A stretch of DNA of 64,000 bases from Candidatus Bathyarchaeia archaeon (lineage in GTDB: Archaea; Thermoproteota; Bathyarchaeia; 40CM-2-53-6): NCBI GenBank assembly GCA_050013255.1, contig JBEKFP010000002.1:576001-640000 (forward strand), read 5' to 3'. Position 1 is the first letter of the stretch. Every line of letters begins with the position of its first letter. The notes under the pieces are model-generated. The model was given only the letters and a program-made list of their open reading frames with translations. It ran no database searches and was not told where the DNA came from. A program made the position numbers and the translations under genes. Of the stretch, positions 36,817 to 47,822 are shown piece after piece.

Positions 36817-38265
36817 ATGAAAAAGACCCAAACGTTCGTAATCATTCTAGGTCTAATCATCCTTCTCTCCTTGTTGTCTTCCCCTGCCCATGCCGCGCCG
36901 AGCTTGCGGACCGACCAGCCACTCTACACAATTCGGGACAAACAAGTCACACTCGTGGGATCTGGACTCTCGCAGGGACAGGCATACGACGTCTGGCTAG
37001 AGGGGCCTAGCGATAACAAAACAGCATTCACCGGGACCAGTTTCACCGCCCTCGCCGGCGGCTTGATGCCACCTAGCGTTGTCCTACCCTTAACTGCGAA
37101 CTCCCCGCTTGGAACATATTTGGTCAGCCTATCAACTTCAACCAGCGTAGATAACTCGCAAGTAATCGCGCACTATGGAGTTTGGGGAACATTGCAGCCC
37201 CTCTACCAGAGAACTCAATCTGTCTCGATCGTTGGCGGAGGCCTATTCCCCGGAACGAGCGTTAAGTTGACGATTCGCGATCCAGCCGGGAATTACGTAC
37301 ACCAAACCACACTCGCCTCAACCACTATTGGCGATTTCAACTATACATGGAGAATACCCGAAGCCGCAATTACTGACGTATACACAATCTTCATTGACGG
37401 CACTGGAACCTACGACAACGCACAACAGGATTATGTTTCTCAATCAAAGTTCACTGTCACGCTGGCAGTGTTATCTGCGAAGATCACACAGCAACCGAAA
37501 GATGCTTACCAACGTACTGAACAGGCGACGGTTTCATTCGCTCTCCAATATCCTGATGGAAGCCCGGCCCTCAAATCAAACCCGACCGTGCATCCAGTTT
37601 TGCTCTTGCAAGACCAGGTTACAGTAGCCTTCGCTTCGCTTTCCCTAGCCGACCCGGTAAATGGTATTTGGGGTGCGAGCTCCAAGATCCTCGCGAACGC
37701 AACTCCAAGTGCAAAGTACAGATTCGAACTACCGGCCACCTCGTTTGATGACAGTTTTGGAAACAAAGGTGGCGCTGCCAATACGTATTCAAACTATTTC
37801 CAAGTGACAAATGCAAGTCTGATTATTGAAAGCCAAGTGAATGGGACACAAATCCAGATTCCGTTCGGTCAGGTCAGCATAATTTCGAAAGTTGCGTACC
37901 CAGACGGAACCCAACTGACAAACGGCACGGTTCGATTAGTTGTCTCCAGCGGATCCACAGTCGTAGAGTTGAATTCAGTGTACGACCCCACTATTCAGGC
38001 TTGGCGCGCCTCGTATTCGAGCACGTTCGCAGACATTTGGCGGGTAGGAACTTGGACACTTAAAGTAAATGCTGCCGACACTTTGGGCAACTCAGGGACA
38101 GCTACTTATCATGTTGCCGCGCAACCATACTTATTCATCGTCTTGTTGGCTGTTCTAGTGGCTGTACTGGCGTTCGGCCGGTGGACCGTTGGCCGTTACG
38201 GAAGAAAAGTCTACTTCCGCGCAAGAAAAATCATTCAGAGGTTCAGGCGAAGCGCGGTCGGATAA
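36817..38265 (+). CDS. Secreted cell-surface protein with beta-rich (Ig-like) domains and a C-terminal TM anchor
   Basis: Signal peptide ending AHA, Ser/Thr-rich body with N-x-S/T sequons, TM + basic tail. Confidence 0.75.
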   Translation: MKKTQTFVIILGLIILLSLLSSPAHAAPSLRTDQPLYTIRDKQVTLVGSGLSQGQAYDVWLEGPSDNKTAFTGTSFTALAGGLMPPSVVLPLTANSPLGTYLVSLSTSTSVDNSQVIAHYGVWGTLQPLYQRTQSVSIVGGGLFPGTSVKLTIRDPAGNYVHQTTLASTTIGDFNYTWRIPEAAITDVYTIFIDGTGTYDNAQQDYVSQSKFTVTLAVLSAKITQQPKDAYQRTEQATVSFALQYPDGSPALKSNPTVHPVLLLQDQVTVAFASLSLADPVNGIWGASSKILANATPSAKYRFELPATSFDDSFGNKGGAANTYSNYFQVTNASLIIESQVNGTQIQIPFGQVSIISKVAYPDGTQLTNGTVRLVVSSGSTVVELNSVYDPTIQAWRASYSSTFADIWRVGTWTLKVNAADTLGNSGTATYHVAAQPYLFIVLLAVLVAVLAFGRWTVGRYGRKVYFRARKIIQRFRRSAVG

Positions 38266-38268
38266 TTG

Positions 38269-39150
38269 CTACTGGAAAATTCCGCCAGTGTACCCGTGAA
38301 CTGTAAGTTCCTTTCTCTGCCCACGCCACTCATAGATGAATGAATAGACAGGCATCAAATATTCCGCCAGCTCCGTTATTTGGTAGCGATTGCTGAGAAT
38401 TTTCGAGAATGCACTTGGCGGTTTCACAACCATTGCGTGAAGTTTCCTGACCAAGTCTTCCTTCGTTATCGAACTCTTGCCTAATTCAGCGCCGGGTAAC
38501 TCCTTTGCCAGCTGATCCGCGCCTATTTTCTGAAGCGGCAAATTGCGGTCGAAGAAAGCTTCGGCCTCAAGGTTCTCCTTGCCCTCGGCGTCCACGAAGA
38601 TCGACCCTTCCCTGTACATGTAAGCCAATTCCGTTACGTCACCCAAGCGAATTGACTTTACCGCAGACCACTCTTTTCGACCAAGAAGCCGTTTGGCAAG
38701 ATTTGCCAAGCTCTGTGCATCAACGGATTCTTGCCCTAGAAGATCTCGTATCTTACCTTCGACCTCTACGGCCACCACATCTTCGGGCAGATCAATCTTG
38801 TATGAATTGCCCCTAAAGTAGAAGCATTCATGGTAACCTTTGATTCTCCAAAATGGCACAAGTTTGAGCCGCGGTTCCACTAAGGTTAGTACGTCTTGCT
38901 CTTTGGGTTTCACAAAGGAGAGAACCCTGTTCTTGAACAACGACCGTTTGTGTGCTTCCGCAATTTTGCTTAATTCCTCTAGCGGTTTCGGTTGGAGGTG
39001 GTAAATCTCCGGAGCTATTTTCTCAGGATTCCAGCCGTTTCCAACTCGTGAATCTTCGAAGCCGCCCGCTGATTCGAAAAGTGTTTGGAACTCGTTTATT
39101 GTTGAGTCGAGTAGCCGTTTTATCTCTTCGAAGCGGTCGTCTGCGCTCAA
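38269..39150 (-). CDS. Hypothetical protein
   Basis: 293-aa ORF; LVPFW...MPVY...VHGYTG pattern. Confidence 0.65.
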   Translation of the reverse strand: MSADDRFEEIKRLLDSTINEFQTLFESAGGFEDSRVGNGWNPEKIAPEIYHLQPKPLEELSKIAEAHKRSLFKNRVLSFVKPKEQDVLTLVEPRLKLVPFWRIKGYHECFYFRGNSYKIDLPEDVVAVEVEGKIRDLLGQESVDAQSLANLAKRLLGRKEWSAVKSIRLGDVTELAYMYREGSIFVDAEGKENLEAEAFFDRNLPLQKIGADQLAKELPGAELGKSSITKEDLVRKLHAMVVKPPSAFSKILSNRYQITELAEYLMPVYSFIYEWRGQRKELTVHGYTGGIFQ

Positions 39151-39191
39151 AATCCCGCCCCAACCGCAACGGAAGGGATGTTAAGGATCAG

Positions 39192-39482
39192 CTAGGGTTG
39201 TACAGTTAGCTTTCCATAGCGACCCACGCTAAGTTGTGTCTCGCCCCGAAAGCTATCGACGTAACCGTTCTCAATCGCAATGGAGTTGTTAACTTTCACT
39301 TGGTCGATTTGCTCGTTCCAGAGGTTTAGCTTGACGGTGCCAGAATCATCGCTGACTACTGCGGTAGCGACCCGTGACTGTTCGCCCCTGCGTGTCGTTA
39401 CTTCCCTTGCCTCGGAAATTTCAAGAATCTTAGCCGTGACATCAACACGTCTCATGCCAGGCTTCAGTTCGGATATCTTCAT
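39192..39482 (-). CDS. ssb: Single-OB-fold ssDNA-binding protein (crenarchaeal SSB type)
   Basis: KISELKPG, DDSGTVKLNLW, IENGY..FRG..QLSVG. Confidence 0.88.
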   Translation of the reverse strand: MKISELKPGMRRVDVTAKILEISEAREVTTRRGEQSRVATAVVSDDSGTVKLNLWNEQIDQVKVNNSIAIENGYVDSFRGETQLSVGRYGKLTVQP

Positions 39483-39563
39483 TGAAATCGAAACGCTAGA
39501 ACCACACTTGTGGTATTAAATCATTGGGCTTACTTCTGAGTACCCGAACAGTGAGGAGTTCAA

Positions 39564-41933
39564 TTAGGGTTTGGTAAGCAACGAATGCATTCTGATGAGG
39601 TCGTCCTTGAATGGGGTTAGGGCCTTCGGTACCTGAACTTCTACAGGATCACGGAGGGCCAAGGCCTTTTCTTTCTTGACCTTCCAAACCTCTCTGTTGA
39701 ACTCCAGGATCTTCTCGGTGTAGCGCCTGTGATCCCTGGACCAGGCTGGTTTGGGGAATTTCTGGGCGTGTATGCTTTTAGTGGCATAGAGTTGCCTCCA
39801 AATATGGTCCGTCATGAATGGTGCTATTGGTGCGATTAGGAGAAGGGTGTTCTTCAACACAATGTGCAGAGTAAACCATGCGGCCTTCTGTTCTGCCTTG
39901 GTGAAGCCTTGTCCGTACGCCCTGGGTTTCACCATTTCGGCATAATGTGACGCGAATGTTTCCCAAACGAAATCTCTGATCTCGGTGGCAGGAGTGAAGA
40001 AGTTGTAATCCCGATATCCCTTCATGCATTTCTCAGCTAAGACCGCAAGTTCGGATAATATCCATTTGTCGCTAGCATGGAGCTTAGCGCTCTTGACTTG
40101 CGGGAATGAAGATATGAAGCGAGAGAGGTTCCACAACTTTGTGAGGAACTTGTGAGCACCCGCAATTCGCGCTTCGGAGCAACGAAAGTCCGAGCCTAGC
40201 GTTGCTTCCGACGCATTCCAGAACCTGAAGGAGTCCGCTCCAAATTTCTCGAGAATCGGCTCGGGCTCAACAACGTTGCCTTTACTCTTATGCATAGCTT
40301 GGCCTTGCTCATCCATACCCATTCCCGTTATCCAAGCGTGCGCGAACGGAGCTTGCTGAGTCAATTGGAAACATCGCAGAATCGAATAATGCAACCAGGT
40401 TCGGACTATGTCCTTTCCCTGCGGCCTGATGCTAGACGGGTAGCAACGTTTGAAGACCTTCTGGTCTCGTTGATACTTGGAAATGACCAAAGCGGAAATG
40501 CTGGAGTCCATCCAGGTATCGAAGGTTCGAGTGTCGCCTTCGAATTCTGTGTGACCGCACTTTGGGCAGCTTTCGATAGGCGGCCGGTCCCTCCAAGGCC
40601 TGTAATAGGCTCCACCAGGCGGTATGAATGGGACGCCACATCTCTTACAGTACCAGGCAGGTATCTCTGTGGCATAGACTCTGCGCCGGGAAATTGGCCA
40701 GTCGATTGCTATCGAGTTCAGCCAGTCGAGCAGAATCTGCCTGTTGGCGTCGGGGTGGAAGATAATCTTCTTCGCGAGTTGTTTCAGTTTCGGAAGAAAG
40801 GCCAGTTGCTTAAGGTAGTATTCCTTCATAGGTATGATTTCGATGGGGGTATGACTTCGTGAGCATATCGGTGTGCGGTGTATGATACTCTCCGTCTTCA
40901 CGATTAGCCCCTTAGCCTGAAGGTCTTGCACGATTCTTGACCGGCCCTCCTCCATTCTCAACCCTTGGTAGGGTCCTGCTGCATCGGTCAACCGCCCATC
41001 CTGGCCGGCGGCCATGATTTCTGTCAGGCCCAGCTCCCTGAAAATTAGAACATCCGTATAATCGCCATAACTGCATATCATCACGGCCCCAGTTCCGAAC
41101 TCTGCTCGAGCACTTGGGTGCGGTCTAATCTCCACTAGCCGGCCGTAGATTGGGAGTTGAGCGTGTTTCCCATGAAGGCTAGTGTACCTTTCATCAGCCG
41201 GGTTAACGATTACCAGTTGGCATGAGCATATGAGTTCAGGCCTCGTCGTGGCGATTACTAGAGGCTCCCCCGATTCTTCAACCGTAAACTTCACGTGCGC
41301 TAGCCGAGTGGGCAACTCTTCGTATTCTACTTCAGCGTCCGCTATGGTTGTGCCGCAATCGTGACAGTAATTGTTGGGGCGTGTTGCTTCATAGATCAGC
41401 TCCCTATTCCAGAGTTCGATGAAGGTTGTCTGCGTCAGCTTTCTATACTCTTCACTATCTGTCCGATATTTGTTAGTGTAATCGCCACTAAGCCCAATAC
41501 TTTTCATGATGCCGAGCATGTTGTTCTCTAGGTCGTCGAGGGCTGTGGCACATAGTTCGATGAATTGCTCTCTGGGAGTGTCCCGCATCTTCACGTTGTA
41601 TAGGTTCTCCGTGTAAATTTCGACGGGTAGACCGTTTCGGTCAAAACCGATTGGAAACAGAACATGTTTGCCAGACATACGCTCGGCTCTGGCGATCATA
41701 TCAATCTGTGAGTATTGAGCAACGGCGCCGATATGCCATGTTCCGGATGGGTATGGTGGGGGAGTGTCAATTACAAATGGCTTACCCGCCTTTCTCAAAT
41801 TGAGAGTGTAGAGTCCTTCTTGCTGCCACCTATCGAAGATATCGTGCTCTATACCGTGGTCCCACCGCTTCTCGGCAATCGACGGAAGAAATTTCTTTAC
41901 AGCTTCAGCTTTCTCGCTGGTCATCCTAACCAA
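39564..41933 (-). CDS. valS: Valyl-tRNA synthetase
   Basis: IDTPPPY, HIGA, IATTRPE, DWPISRRR, DTWMDSS, AMHKSKGN. Confidence 0.93.
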   Translation of the reverse strand: MVRMTSEKAEAVKKFLPSIAEKRWDHGIEHDIFDRWQQEGLYTLNLRKAGKPFVIDTPPPYPSGTWHIGAVAQYSQIDMIARAERMSGKHVLFPIGFDRNGLPVEIYTENLYNVKMRDTPREQFIELCATALDDLENNMLGIMKSIGLSGDYTNKYRTDSEEYRKLTQTTFIELWNRELIYEATRPNNYCHDCGTTIADAEVEYEELPTRLAHVKFTVEESGEPLVIATTRPELICSCQLVIVNPADERYTSLHGKHAQLPIYGRLVEIRPHPSARAEFGTGAVMICSYGDYTDVLIFRELGLTEIMAAGQDGRLTDAAGPYQGLRMEEGRSRIVQDLQAKGLIVKTESIIHRTPICSRSHTPIEIIPMKEYYLKQLAFLPKLKQLAKKIIFHPDANRQILLDWLNSIAIDWPISRRRVYATEIPAWYCKRCGVPFIPPGGAYYRPWRDRPPIESCPKCGHTEFEGDTRTFDTWMDSSISALVISKYQRDQKVFKRCYPSSIRPQGKDIVRTWLHYSILRCFQLTQQAPFAHAWITGMGMDEQGQAMHKSKGNVVEPEPILEKFGADSFRFWNASEATLGSDFRCSEARIAGAHKFLTKLWNLSRFISSFPQVKSAKLHASDKWILSELAVLAEKCMKGYRDYNFFTPATEIRDFVWETFASHYAEMVKPRAYGQGFTKAEQKAAWFTLHIVLKNTLLLIAPIAPFMTDHIWRQLYATKSIHAQKFPKPAWSRDHRRYTEKILEFNREVWKVKKEKALALRDPVEVQVPKALTPFKDDLIRMHSLLTKP

Positions 41934-42078
41934 TCACCGAATCCGAAATTTGCTTTGCGTCGGTCATTTATGGAATTGGGTTGTCCTAGGCTTGCTGGAC
42001 TTGGCGGTGATACATTGCCCTTCAACCAATTTGACCTGAGAGCTGCCTCATCGTATAAGATTGTCGAATAGGGCTTTT

Positions 42079-43173
42079 TCAGGAACTGTTCGCGCTCATT
42101 CCTGTTGCTTTCAGTGTTAGCCAATTCGATATTCTCAGAGCGGTCCAGATGAGGAAAACAACGAGCACGACCAGACCGCCCGCCAGGGTCATGCCTTCAG
42201 TCAAATTCGAGAACATTGCCATGCCGGCTCCATATGTGGAACCCCCCATATCCAGTACCGTGAAATAGTAATCGAAGAACCAGTGGAGAAGAATACTTGC
42301 GTAGGCACCGTATGCAACATACGCTATGCCAAACACCAGTCCTGCTAGGAAAGCAGTTGTGACTTTGCCAATCTCCCAGCCACCTCCGAGTAAGAGGTGG
42401 GCTGAACCAAACGCAAAAGCAGTGACCAGAATCAGCACCCATTCAAGCGGGCTTATTCCATGTAGCAAACCATTCATGCTTACATTTCTATAGCCCAGCT
42501 TCTGTTTGGCAGCTTCAGGGCTAACCATTGTTAAGAGAACTAGTTTGAGCTTATTCACTGGGCCGGCAAGCTTAGGATCGGATCGAAAGAGGACGAAAGC
42601 AAGGACGATTCCAAGAGGAATGCCGATCGAAGTGATGCGGAAGCCGAACTCTTCACTTAGGGGTGCGAAAGCAAGGTTAAGCAAAATTACGTAAGGGCTT
42701 GTTGCTGGCGGGAAGCTCAGGTTGCCCGTTTGGACTCCTTGAGTCGCCTGAAACTCTTCGATGATGACTGTGGCGTAAAGCAGGCCAGTAGCTAGCATGG
42801 GCATGATGAAGAGAAAGTTGGTTCTCGCCATCGCAAACGGTTTCTTCAGCGCGTCCTTGACGGACTTAACAAAGCCACCACGGCTAAGCCAAGCAAGAAT
42901 GAAGCAGAGGACGAAAGCTCCCCAAATTGCAGCGAACAATGCGCCTAAACTGACGCCGAAAAGTGGGATCGGGATCTCGATCACAGTGAACACGTCAATT
43001 GGGAGGTGATGAATCGGCCTTGCCGCAACGGTCAAGCCGTCTGATGTGGAGAAGAATAAGATCGGGCCAAGAGCTAGTGAAACAATGTAGCTGATCGTGG
43101 ACAGGACCACGAGAACGAGGGCAAGCCCCTTTCCGAGATTACCAAACGCCTGAAGAAACCTGGTTAATGGCAT
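42079..43173 (-). CDS. CPBP (CAAX/Abi) intramembrane glutamic metalloprotease
   Basis: EEFGFR, FGSAH and LHWFFD motifs; multi-TM. Confidence 0.85.
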   Translation of the reverse strand: MPLTRFLQAFGNLGKGLALVLVVLSTISYIVSLALGPILFFSTSDGLTVAARPIHHLPIDVFTVIEIPIPLFGVSLGALFAAIWGAFVLCFILAWLSRGGFVKSVKDALKKPFAMARTNFLFIMPMLATGLLYATVIIEEFQATQGVQTGNLSFPPATSPYVILLNLAFAPLSEEFGFRITSIGIPLGIVLAFVLFRSDPKLAGPVNKLKLVLLTMVSPEAAKQKLGYRNVSMNGLLHGISPLEWVLILVTAFAFGSAHLLLGGGWEIGKVTTAFLAGLVFGIAYVAYGAYASILLHWFFDYYFTVLDMGGSTYGAGMAMFSNLTEGMTLAGGLVVLVVFLIWTALRISNWLTLKATGMSANSS

Positions 43174-43273
43174 ATCGGTCTTCTCGCCTCGTTCCGGCCT
43201 GAACGGCTAGCATTACCTAATCAACGTAATGGTGCAAGTCGAGCGGTCCATACACGCCATGATTACTATAAGT

Positions 43274-44452
43274 TCAGTGACCCATGCTGTCAGGGGGCCA
43301 TGCTTTCCTTCTGAGCTCGTCCACTTTGTCAGTCCTTTCCCAAGTAAATTCAGGATCGTCGCGGCCAAAGTGTCCATAGACAGCTGTCTTACGGTATATC
43401 GGCCGGCGCAATTTGAGGTGCTCAATGATTCCTTTAGGAGTCATGTCGAACACCGCTTTAACTGCCTCCGTAATTTCCTCGTCCGGCAATTTTCCTGTTC
43501 CATACGTGTTTACCATCACTGATACCGGTTTTGAGACACCTATGGCGTAAGCTATTTGCACATCACACTTATCAGCCAACCCCGCGGCGACGATGTTCTT
43601 CGCAATATACCTGGCCATGTAGCTTCCCGACCTGTCAACTTTGGTCGGGTCTTTTCCGGAATAGCATCCGCCCCCATGGCTACCGATACCGCCGTAAGTG
43701 TCCACGATTATCTTTCTACCCGTCAATCCGCTGTCCGCGAGCGTTCCTCCGATGGTAAACCGCCCTGTTTCGTTGATGAAGAATTTGGTATTGTCGTCGA
43801 GCATGCTTTTCGGTATGACCGCTTTGATTACTTTCTCAATAATCTCCTTCCTCATCTGCTCTCTGCTTACATCATCGTCATGCTGGGCTGCAATGACGAC
43901 TGCTTCCACCCTCTTCGGCTTGTCATTCTCATACTCAACTGTGACCTGTGACTTTCCGTCCGGCCGGAGGTAAGGCAGCAGCTTCTCTTTTCGCACAGCC
44001 GCGAGCCTTCTCACGAGCTTGTGGGCGAGCATGATGGGCAACGGCATGAGCTCCGGCGTCTCATTTGTCGCATGACCGAACATCATGCCTTGATCGCCGG
44101 CGCCGATATCTTCCTTGTCGACGCCCATTGCAATGTCGGGAGATTGTTCTTCAATGGAGACGAGGACTCCGCATGCTTCCCAGTCGAGGCCCACCTTGGC
44201 GTTGTCGAACCCAATATCCTTCAGGACGTTTCGAACAATTTGATTGATTGGCACGTATGCCTTGGTCGATATTTGGCCGGTTACGATAACCGTGCCCTTC
44301 ATTATTAGAGTCTCAATATCGACCCTAGCTTTCGGGTCTTTCTCAATGAGCGCATCAAGAATCGAGTCGGATATCTGGTCCGCGACCTTGTCGGGGTGAC
44401 CTTCAGTTACGCTTTCCGACGTAAACAGGAATGATCGAGGCCTTTTGCTCAT
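43274..44452 (-). CDS. metK: Methionine adenosyltransferase, bacterial/eukaryotic type
   Basis: [44 protein letters not shown]. Confidence 0.95.
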   Translation of the reverse strand: MSKRPRSFLFTSESVTEGHPDKVADQISDSILDALIEKDPKARVDIETLIMKGTVIVTGQISTKAYVPINQIVRNVLKDIGFDNAKVGLDWEACGVLVSIEEQSPDIAMGVDKEDIGAGDQGMMFGHATNETPELMPLPIMLAHKLVRRLAAVRKEKLLPYLRPDGKSQVTVEYENDKPKRVEAVVIAAQHDDDVSREQMRKEIIEKVIKAVIPKSMLDDNTKFFINETGRFTIGGTLADSGLTGRKIIVDTYGGIGSHGGGCYSGKDPTKVDRSGSYMARYIAKNIVAAGLADKCDVQIAYAIGVSKPVSVMVNTYGTGKLPDEEITEAVKAVFDMTPKGIIEHLKLRRPIYRKTAVYGHFGRDDPEFTWERTDKVDELRRKAWPPDSMGH

Positions 44453-44873
44453 TGCAACAGCAACATTCGTAGACGGAGAACTAATTGCACTTCGAATTCT
44501 GCTCAATGTCGATTTACCGGCTAGTTATTGCCGGAAGTCCGATATTCCTATAATATAAATTTGCGATAAGAAAGTATTCTACTAGGAATTATAACGATTC
44601 TGTTGTTTTTCCGACCTTTAATCGGGGGAAAAGGTAGCAATTCGTCATATGGGCCCCCTCATCATTTTACCACCTGAACGCGAGCAGCAAAGCGAGGAGG
44701 ACTATGATGACTATTAGAAAAGGCAGAAGGATGGTCTGCAAGGATGCTATGCTGAGTGCAACGTAATCTCGCCAATTCACATGTTTTTCCTTGTTTCGAT
44801 CAGGATGATCCTCATCTTCTCTCGAAACTCATCACCTGAGCTAGCTCGTTAGATCTTTCATCTACGTTTTGTT

Positions 44874-45878
44874 TCAAGTTTTGAGTATCGGAATTGGTGA
44901 TGACAGTTTCAGATCGAAGTGACAGGATACAAGATGGCCAACTCTCCGAGATTCAAGGGGGGGGTCTTCTTGTGCGCAGAGGTCTTTCACGTATGGACAC
45001 CGTGTTCTGAAGCGACAGCCAGATGGGATGTTAACTGGGCTTGGAATGTCGCCACTGAGAACTACTCTCTCTCGAACCAAATCGGGATTAGGTATGGGAA
45101 GGGCTGATATTAGGGCGTGCGTGTAAGGGTGTTCAGGCCTACGGTATATAGTGTCTCTCGGTGCTGCTTCCATTAATTTTCCAAGGTACATGACGCCGAC
45201 TCGGTTACTCATATGTTCTATGACACTGAGATTATGCGAAATGAACAGGTACGTTAGGTCGAGTTCCTCTTGGAGGTCTGAGAGAAGGTTAAGAATCTGA
45301 GCTTGGACGGAGACGTCGAGGAAGGATGTGGGCTCGTCTAATATGATGATTTCAGGGTCTGTCGTCAGCGCGCGTGCGACGGCCACGCGTTGACGCTGGC
45401 CTCCACTGAACTCGTGTGGAAATCGGTAAAGGTGATCTTCGTTCAGACCAACTCTCTTTATCAGCTCTTCGGCTTTCTTGGCCGCTTGATCTTCGCTTTG
45501 AACGATCTTATGGTATTTCATTGGCTCGATCAATGCGCTCTTAATTGTCTGCCGAGGGTCGAGTGAGGCGTATGGGTCCTGAAAGACTATCCCGAACTTT
45601 CTTTGAATCTTCCGGAAAGCTTCGCCCTTCAATCTTGTGATATCTTGGTCTCGGTACATTATTTTTCCGTAACTGGGTTCGATCAGGCGCAGGATGCATC
45701 GTCCGAGAGTTGTCTTGCCTGACCCAGATTCACCGACGAGGCCGAAGGTTTCGCCTTCTTCAATTTCTAGGTCTACTCCATCCACTGCCTTGACATGCCC
45801 TTTAACCCTCCCAAGTAATCCGGCGGTTACTGGGAACCATTTCTTCAGGTCTTTGATTTCGAGAACGCTCCGAGTCAT
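44874..45878 (-). CDS. Oligo/dipeptide ABC transporter ATPase (OppF/DppF)
   Basis: [29 protein letters not shown]. Confidence 0.92.
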   Translation of the reverse strand: MTRSVLEIKDLKKWFPVTAGLLGRVKGHVKAVDGVDLEIEEGETFGLVGESGSGKTTLGRCILRLIEPSYGKIMYRDQDITRLKGEAFRKIQRKFGIVFQDPYASLDPRQTIKSALIEPMKYHKIVQSEDQAAKKAEELIKRVGLNEDHLYRFPHEFSGGQRQRVAVARALTTDPEIIILDEPTSFLDVSVQAQILNLLSDLQEELDLTYLFISHNLSVIEHMSNRVGVMYLGKLMEAAPRDTIYRRPEHPYTHALISALPIPNPDLVRERVVLSGDIPSPVNIPSGCRFRTRCPYVKDLCAQEDPPLESRRVGHLVSCHFDLKLSSPIPILKT

Positions 45879-46936
45879 GATTTTCCTTCCTCGTATAGGT
45901 GGCATGCGACAGTATGGCCTTGCCCGACATTCAGAAGTTCAGGCTTTACCCGCTTGCATTTTTCGAACGCGAGTGGACACCGCGGATGAAACCGGCAGCC
46001 CGGCGGCGGATAAATGAGGTCTGGAACTGACCCTTGAATTGTCTCAAGTCTATCCTTTCTCTTGTCGAGCATTGGAACTGCTCTGATCAATCCCCGCGTG
46101 TAAGGGTGAAGCGGGTTTGCGAACAACTCCTTCACGTTGGCAAGTTCCACAATGTTCCCGGCATACATTACTGCGACGCGGTCGCATAGCTCCGCTACTA
46201 TTCCCAAATCATGCGTGATAAGTAACGTCGATCCTTGAAACTCCCTCTTCAACTCTCTAAGCAGCTCGAGAATTTGCGCTTGTATGGTGACGTCTAGCGC
46301 GGTGGTAATTTCGTCAGCGATGAAGAGGGCAGGGTTTCGGGCCAGAGCCATAGCGATCATGCACCTCTGGCGCATCCCTCCTGACAATTCGTGCGGATAT
46401 TCTTTCAGAACCCGTTCCTGGTCGGGCAGTCTCACCCGCTTCATCACATCGATACTTAGGAGTTTAGCAGTCTTTTTCTGCTGTGATTTCGATAGGCTTT
46501 TTATCGATTTCGCCTTATTGTCTGATCCTTCCTTTTTTTCGGATGCGACACTAGCGAGATGCTTAGGACTCAAAAGGAATACTTCTTCGAGTTGTTCGCC
46601 GATTGTCAGTACCGGATTCAAGAAGGTGGTTGGGTCTTGGAATACCATCGCAATCTCGGTGGCGCGGACCTTTCGCATCTCATCATGCTTGAGTGCTAGC
46701 AAGTTCTTGCCTGCAAGAAGGATCTCTCCTTCGGTGACGGTTGCGTTTTCAGGAAGCAACCCCACTATAGTCAGTGCGGTTACGGATTTTCCGCAACCTG
46801 ATTCGCCCACTAAGCCTAGCGCTTCCCCTTTCCTTACGGTGAACGAGACGCCGTCCAAGGCTTTCACTTGGCCTGCATACGTGTGAAAGTCGAGTTTTAG
46901 ATGATTGACTCTCAGTAGCGCGTCGTTTTCTGTCAA
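45875..46936 (-). CDS. Oligo/dipeptide ABC transporter ATPase (OppD/DppD)
   Basis: [25 protein letters not shown]. Confidence 0.92.
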   Translation of the reverse strand: MTENDALLRVNHLKLDFHTYAGQVKALDGVSFTVRKGEALGLVGESGCGKSVTALTIVGLLPENATVTEGEILLAGKNLLALKHDEMRKVRATEIAMVFQDPTTFLNPVLTIGEQLEEVFLLSPKHLASVASEKKEGSDNKAKSIKSLSKSQQKKTAKLLSIDVMKRVRLPDQERVLKEYPHELSGGMRQRCMIAMALARNPALFIADEITTALDVTIQAQILELLRELKREFQGSTLLITHDLGIVAELCDRVAVMYAGNIVELANVKELFANPLHPYTRGLIRAVPMLDKRKDRLETIQGSVPDLIYPPPGCRFHPRCPLAFEKCKRVKPELLNVGQGHTVACHLYEEGKS

Positions 46937-46940
46937 TTGA

Positions 46941-47810
46941 TTATCTCCTCAGCCTGGGGTCTAGAACATCGCGAATCCCGTCACCCATCAGGTTGAAGGC
47001 GAGTGAGATTATGAGGATTGCGAGTCCGGGGAAGGCTGTTAACCACGGGGCCTGGAAAATGTAGGTCTGACCTGCCGTGATTAGTCTACCGAGTTCAGGC
47101 GTTAGCGCGCTTGTTCCGAAGCCTAAGAAGCTTAGGCCGGCGAAGGTTAAGATGACGCCGCCGAGGTCGAGGGTACATTGAACGATGACGGGATAAATCG
47201 TATTGGGAATGATGTGTCTAAGGATTATTCGGACTTTGCCAATACCAAGTGCGCGTAACGCATCTACGTACAAGCGTTGCTTTTCAGCGAGTACCTGTCC
47301 TCGGAGTATGCGAGTGTATCCAGGCCATTGGACGACGATTATCGCGAGTATGAGGTTGTTTAACCCTCGACCAAGGGCGGCGGCAATCGCTAATGCGAGG
47401 ATTAATCCAGGTATTGAGAAGAAGATGTCGGTAACTCTCATCAGTGCTTCGTCGATCTTCCCGCCAAGAAAGCCAGAAAAAGCCCCTAACGTCACTCCGA
47501 TCGCCACGCCGGCTCCGACTATTTCAAGCATCGCTGCTACGTCCAGTCTGGTTGATAGTACTATCATGCCAAAGAGGTCACGGCCATAATCGTCCGTTCC
47601 CAACCAATGAGTGACGCTGGGAGGCTGCAATCGATTAGGCAAATTTATCGCCGTGGCGATAGCCGGTGATATGACAAGCGTGCCGAAGATTGCGGTCATT
47701 AGTACTCCAACCGAGATTATTGTGCCCGTCAGTACTAGTTTGTTCTGAACTAGGAGATGCATAGCGAATTTCAGTTCGGAAATTGCAGGTGACCAGTTTG
47801 ATCTTTTCAA
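46941..47810 (-). CDS. Peptide ABC transporter permease (OppC/DppC)
   Basis: HWLGTDDYGRD, RHIIPN, FNLMGDGIRDVLDPR. Confidence 0.92.
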   Translation of the reverse strand: MKRSNWSPAISELKFAMHLLVQNKLVLTGTIISVGVLMTAIFGTLVISPAIATAINLPNRLQPPSVTHWLGTDDYGRDLFGMIVLSTRLDVAAMLEIVGAGVAIGVTLGAFSGFLGGKIDEALMRVTDIFFSIPGLILALAIAAALGRGLNNLILAIIVVQWPGYTRILRGQVLAEKQRLYVDALRALGIGKVRIILRHIIPNTIYPVIVQCTLDLGGVILTFAGLSFLGFGTSALTPELGRLITAGQTYIFQAPWLTAFPGLAILIISLAFNLMGDGIRDVLDPRLRR

Positions 47811-47822
47811 ACTCTCTCAAAC

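Noticed and set aside
44452-44560. SAM riboswitch upstream of metK
   Set aside because: Only one small hairpin (CCGGC/GCCGG); no SAM-I/II/V core recognisable
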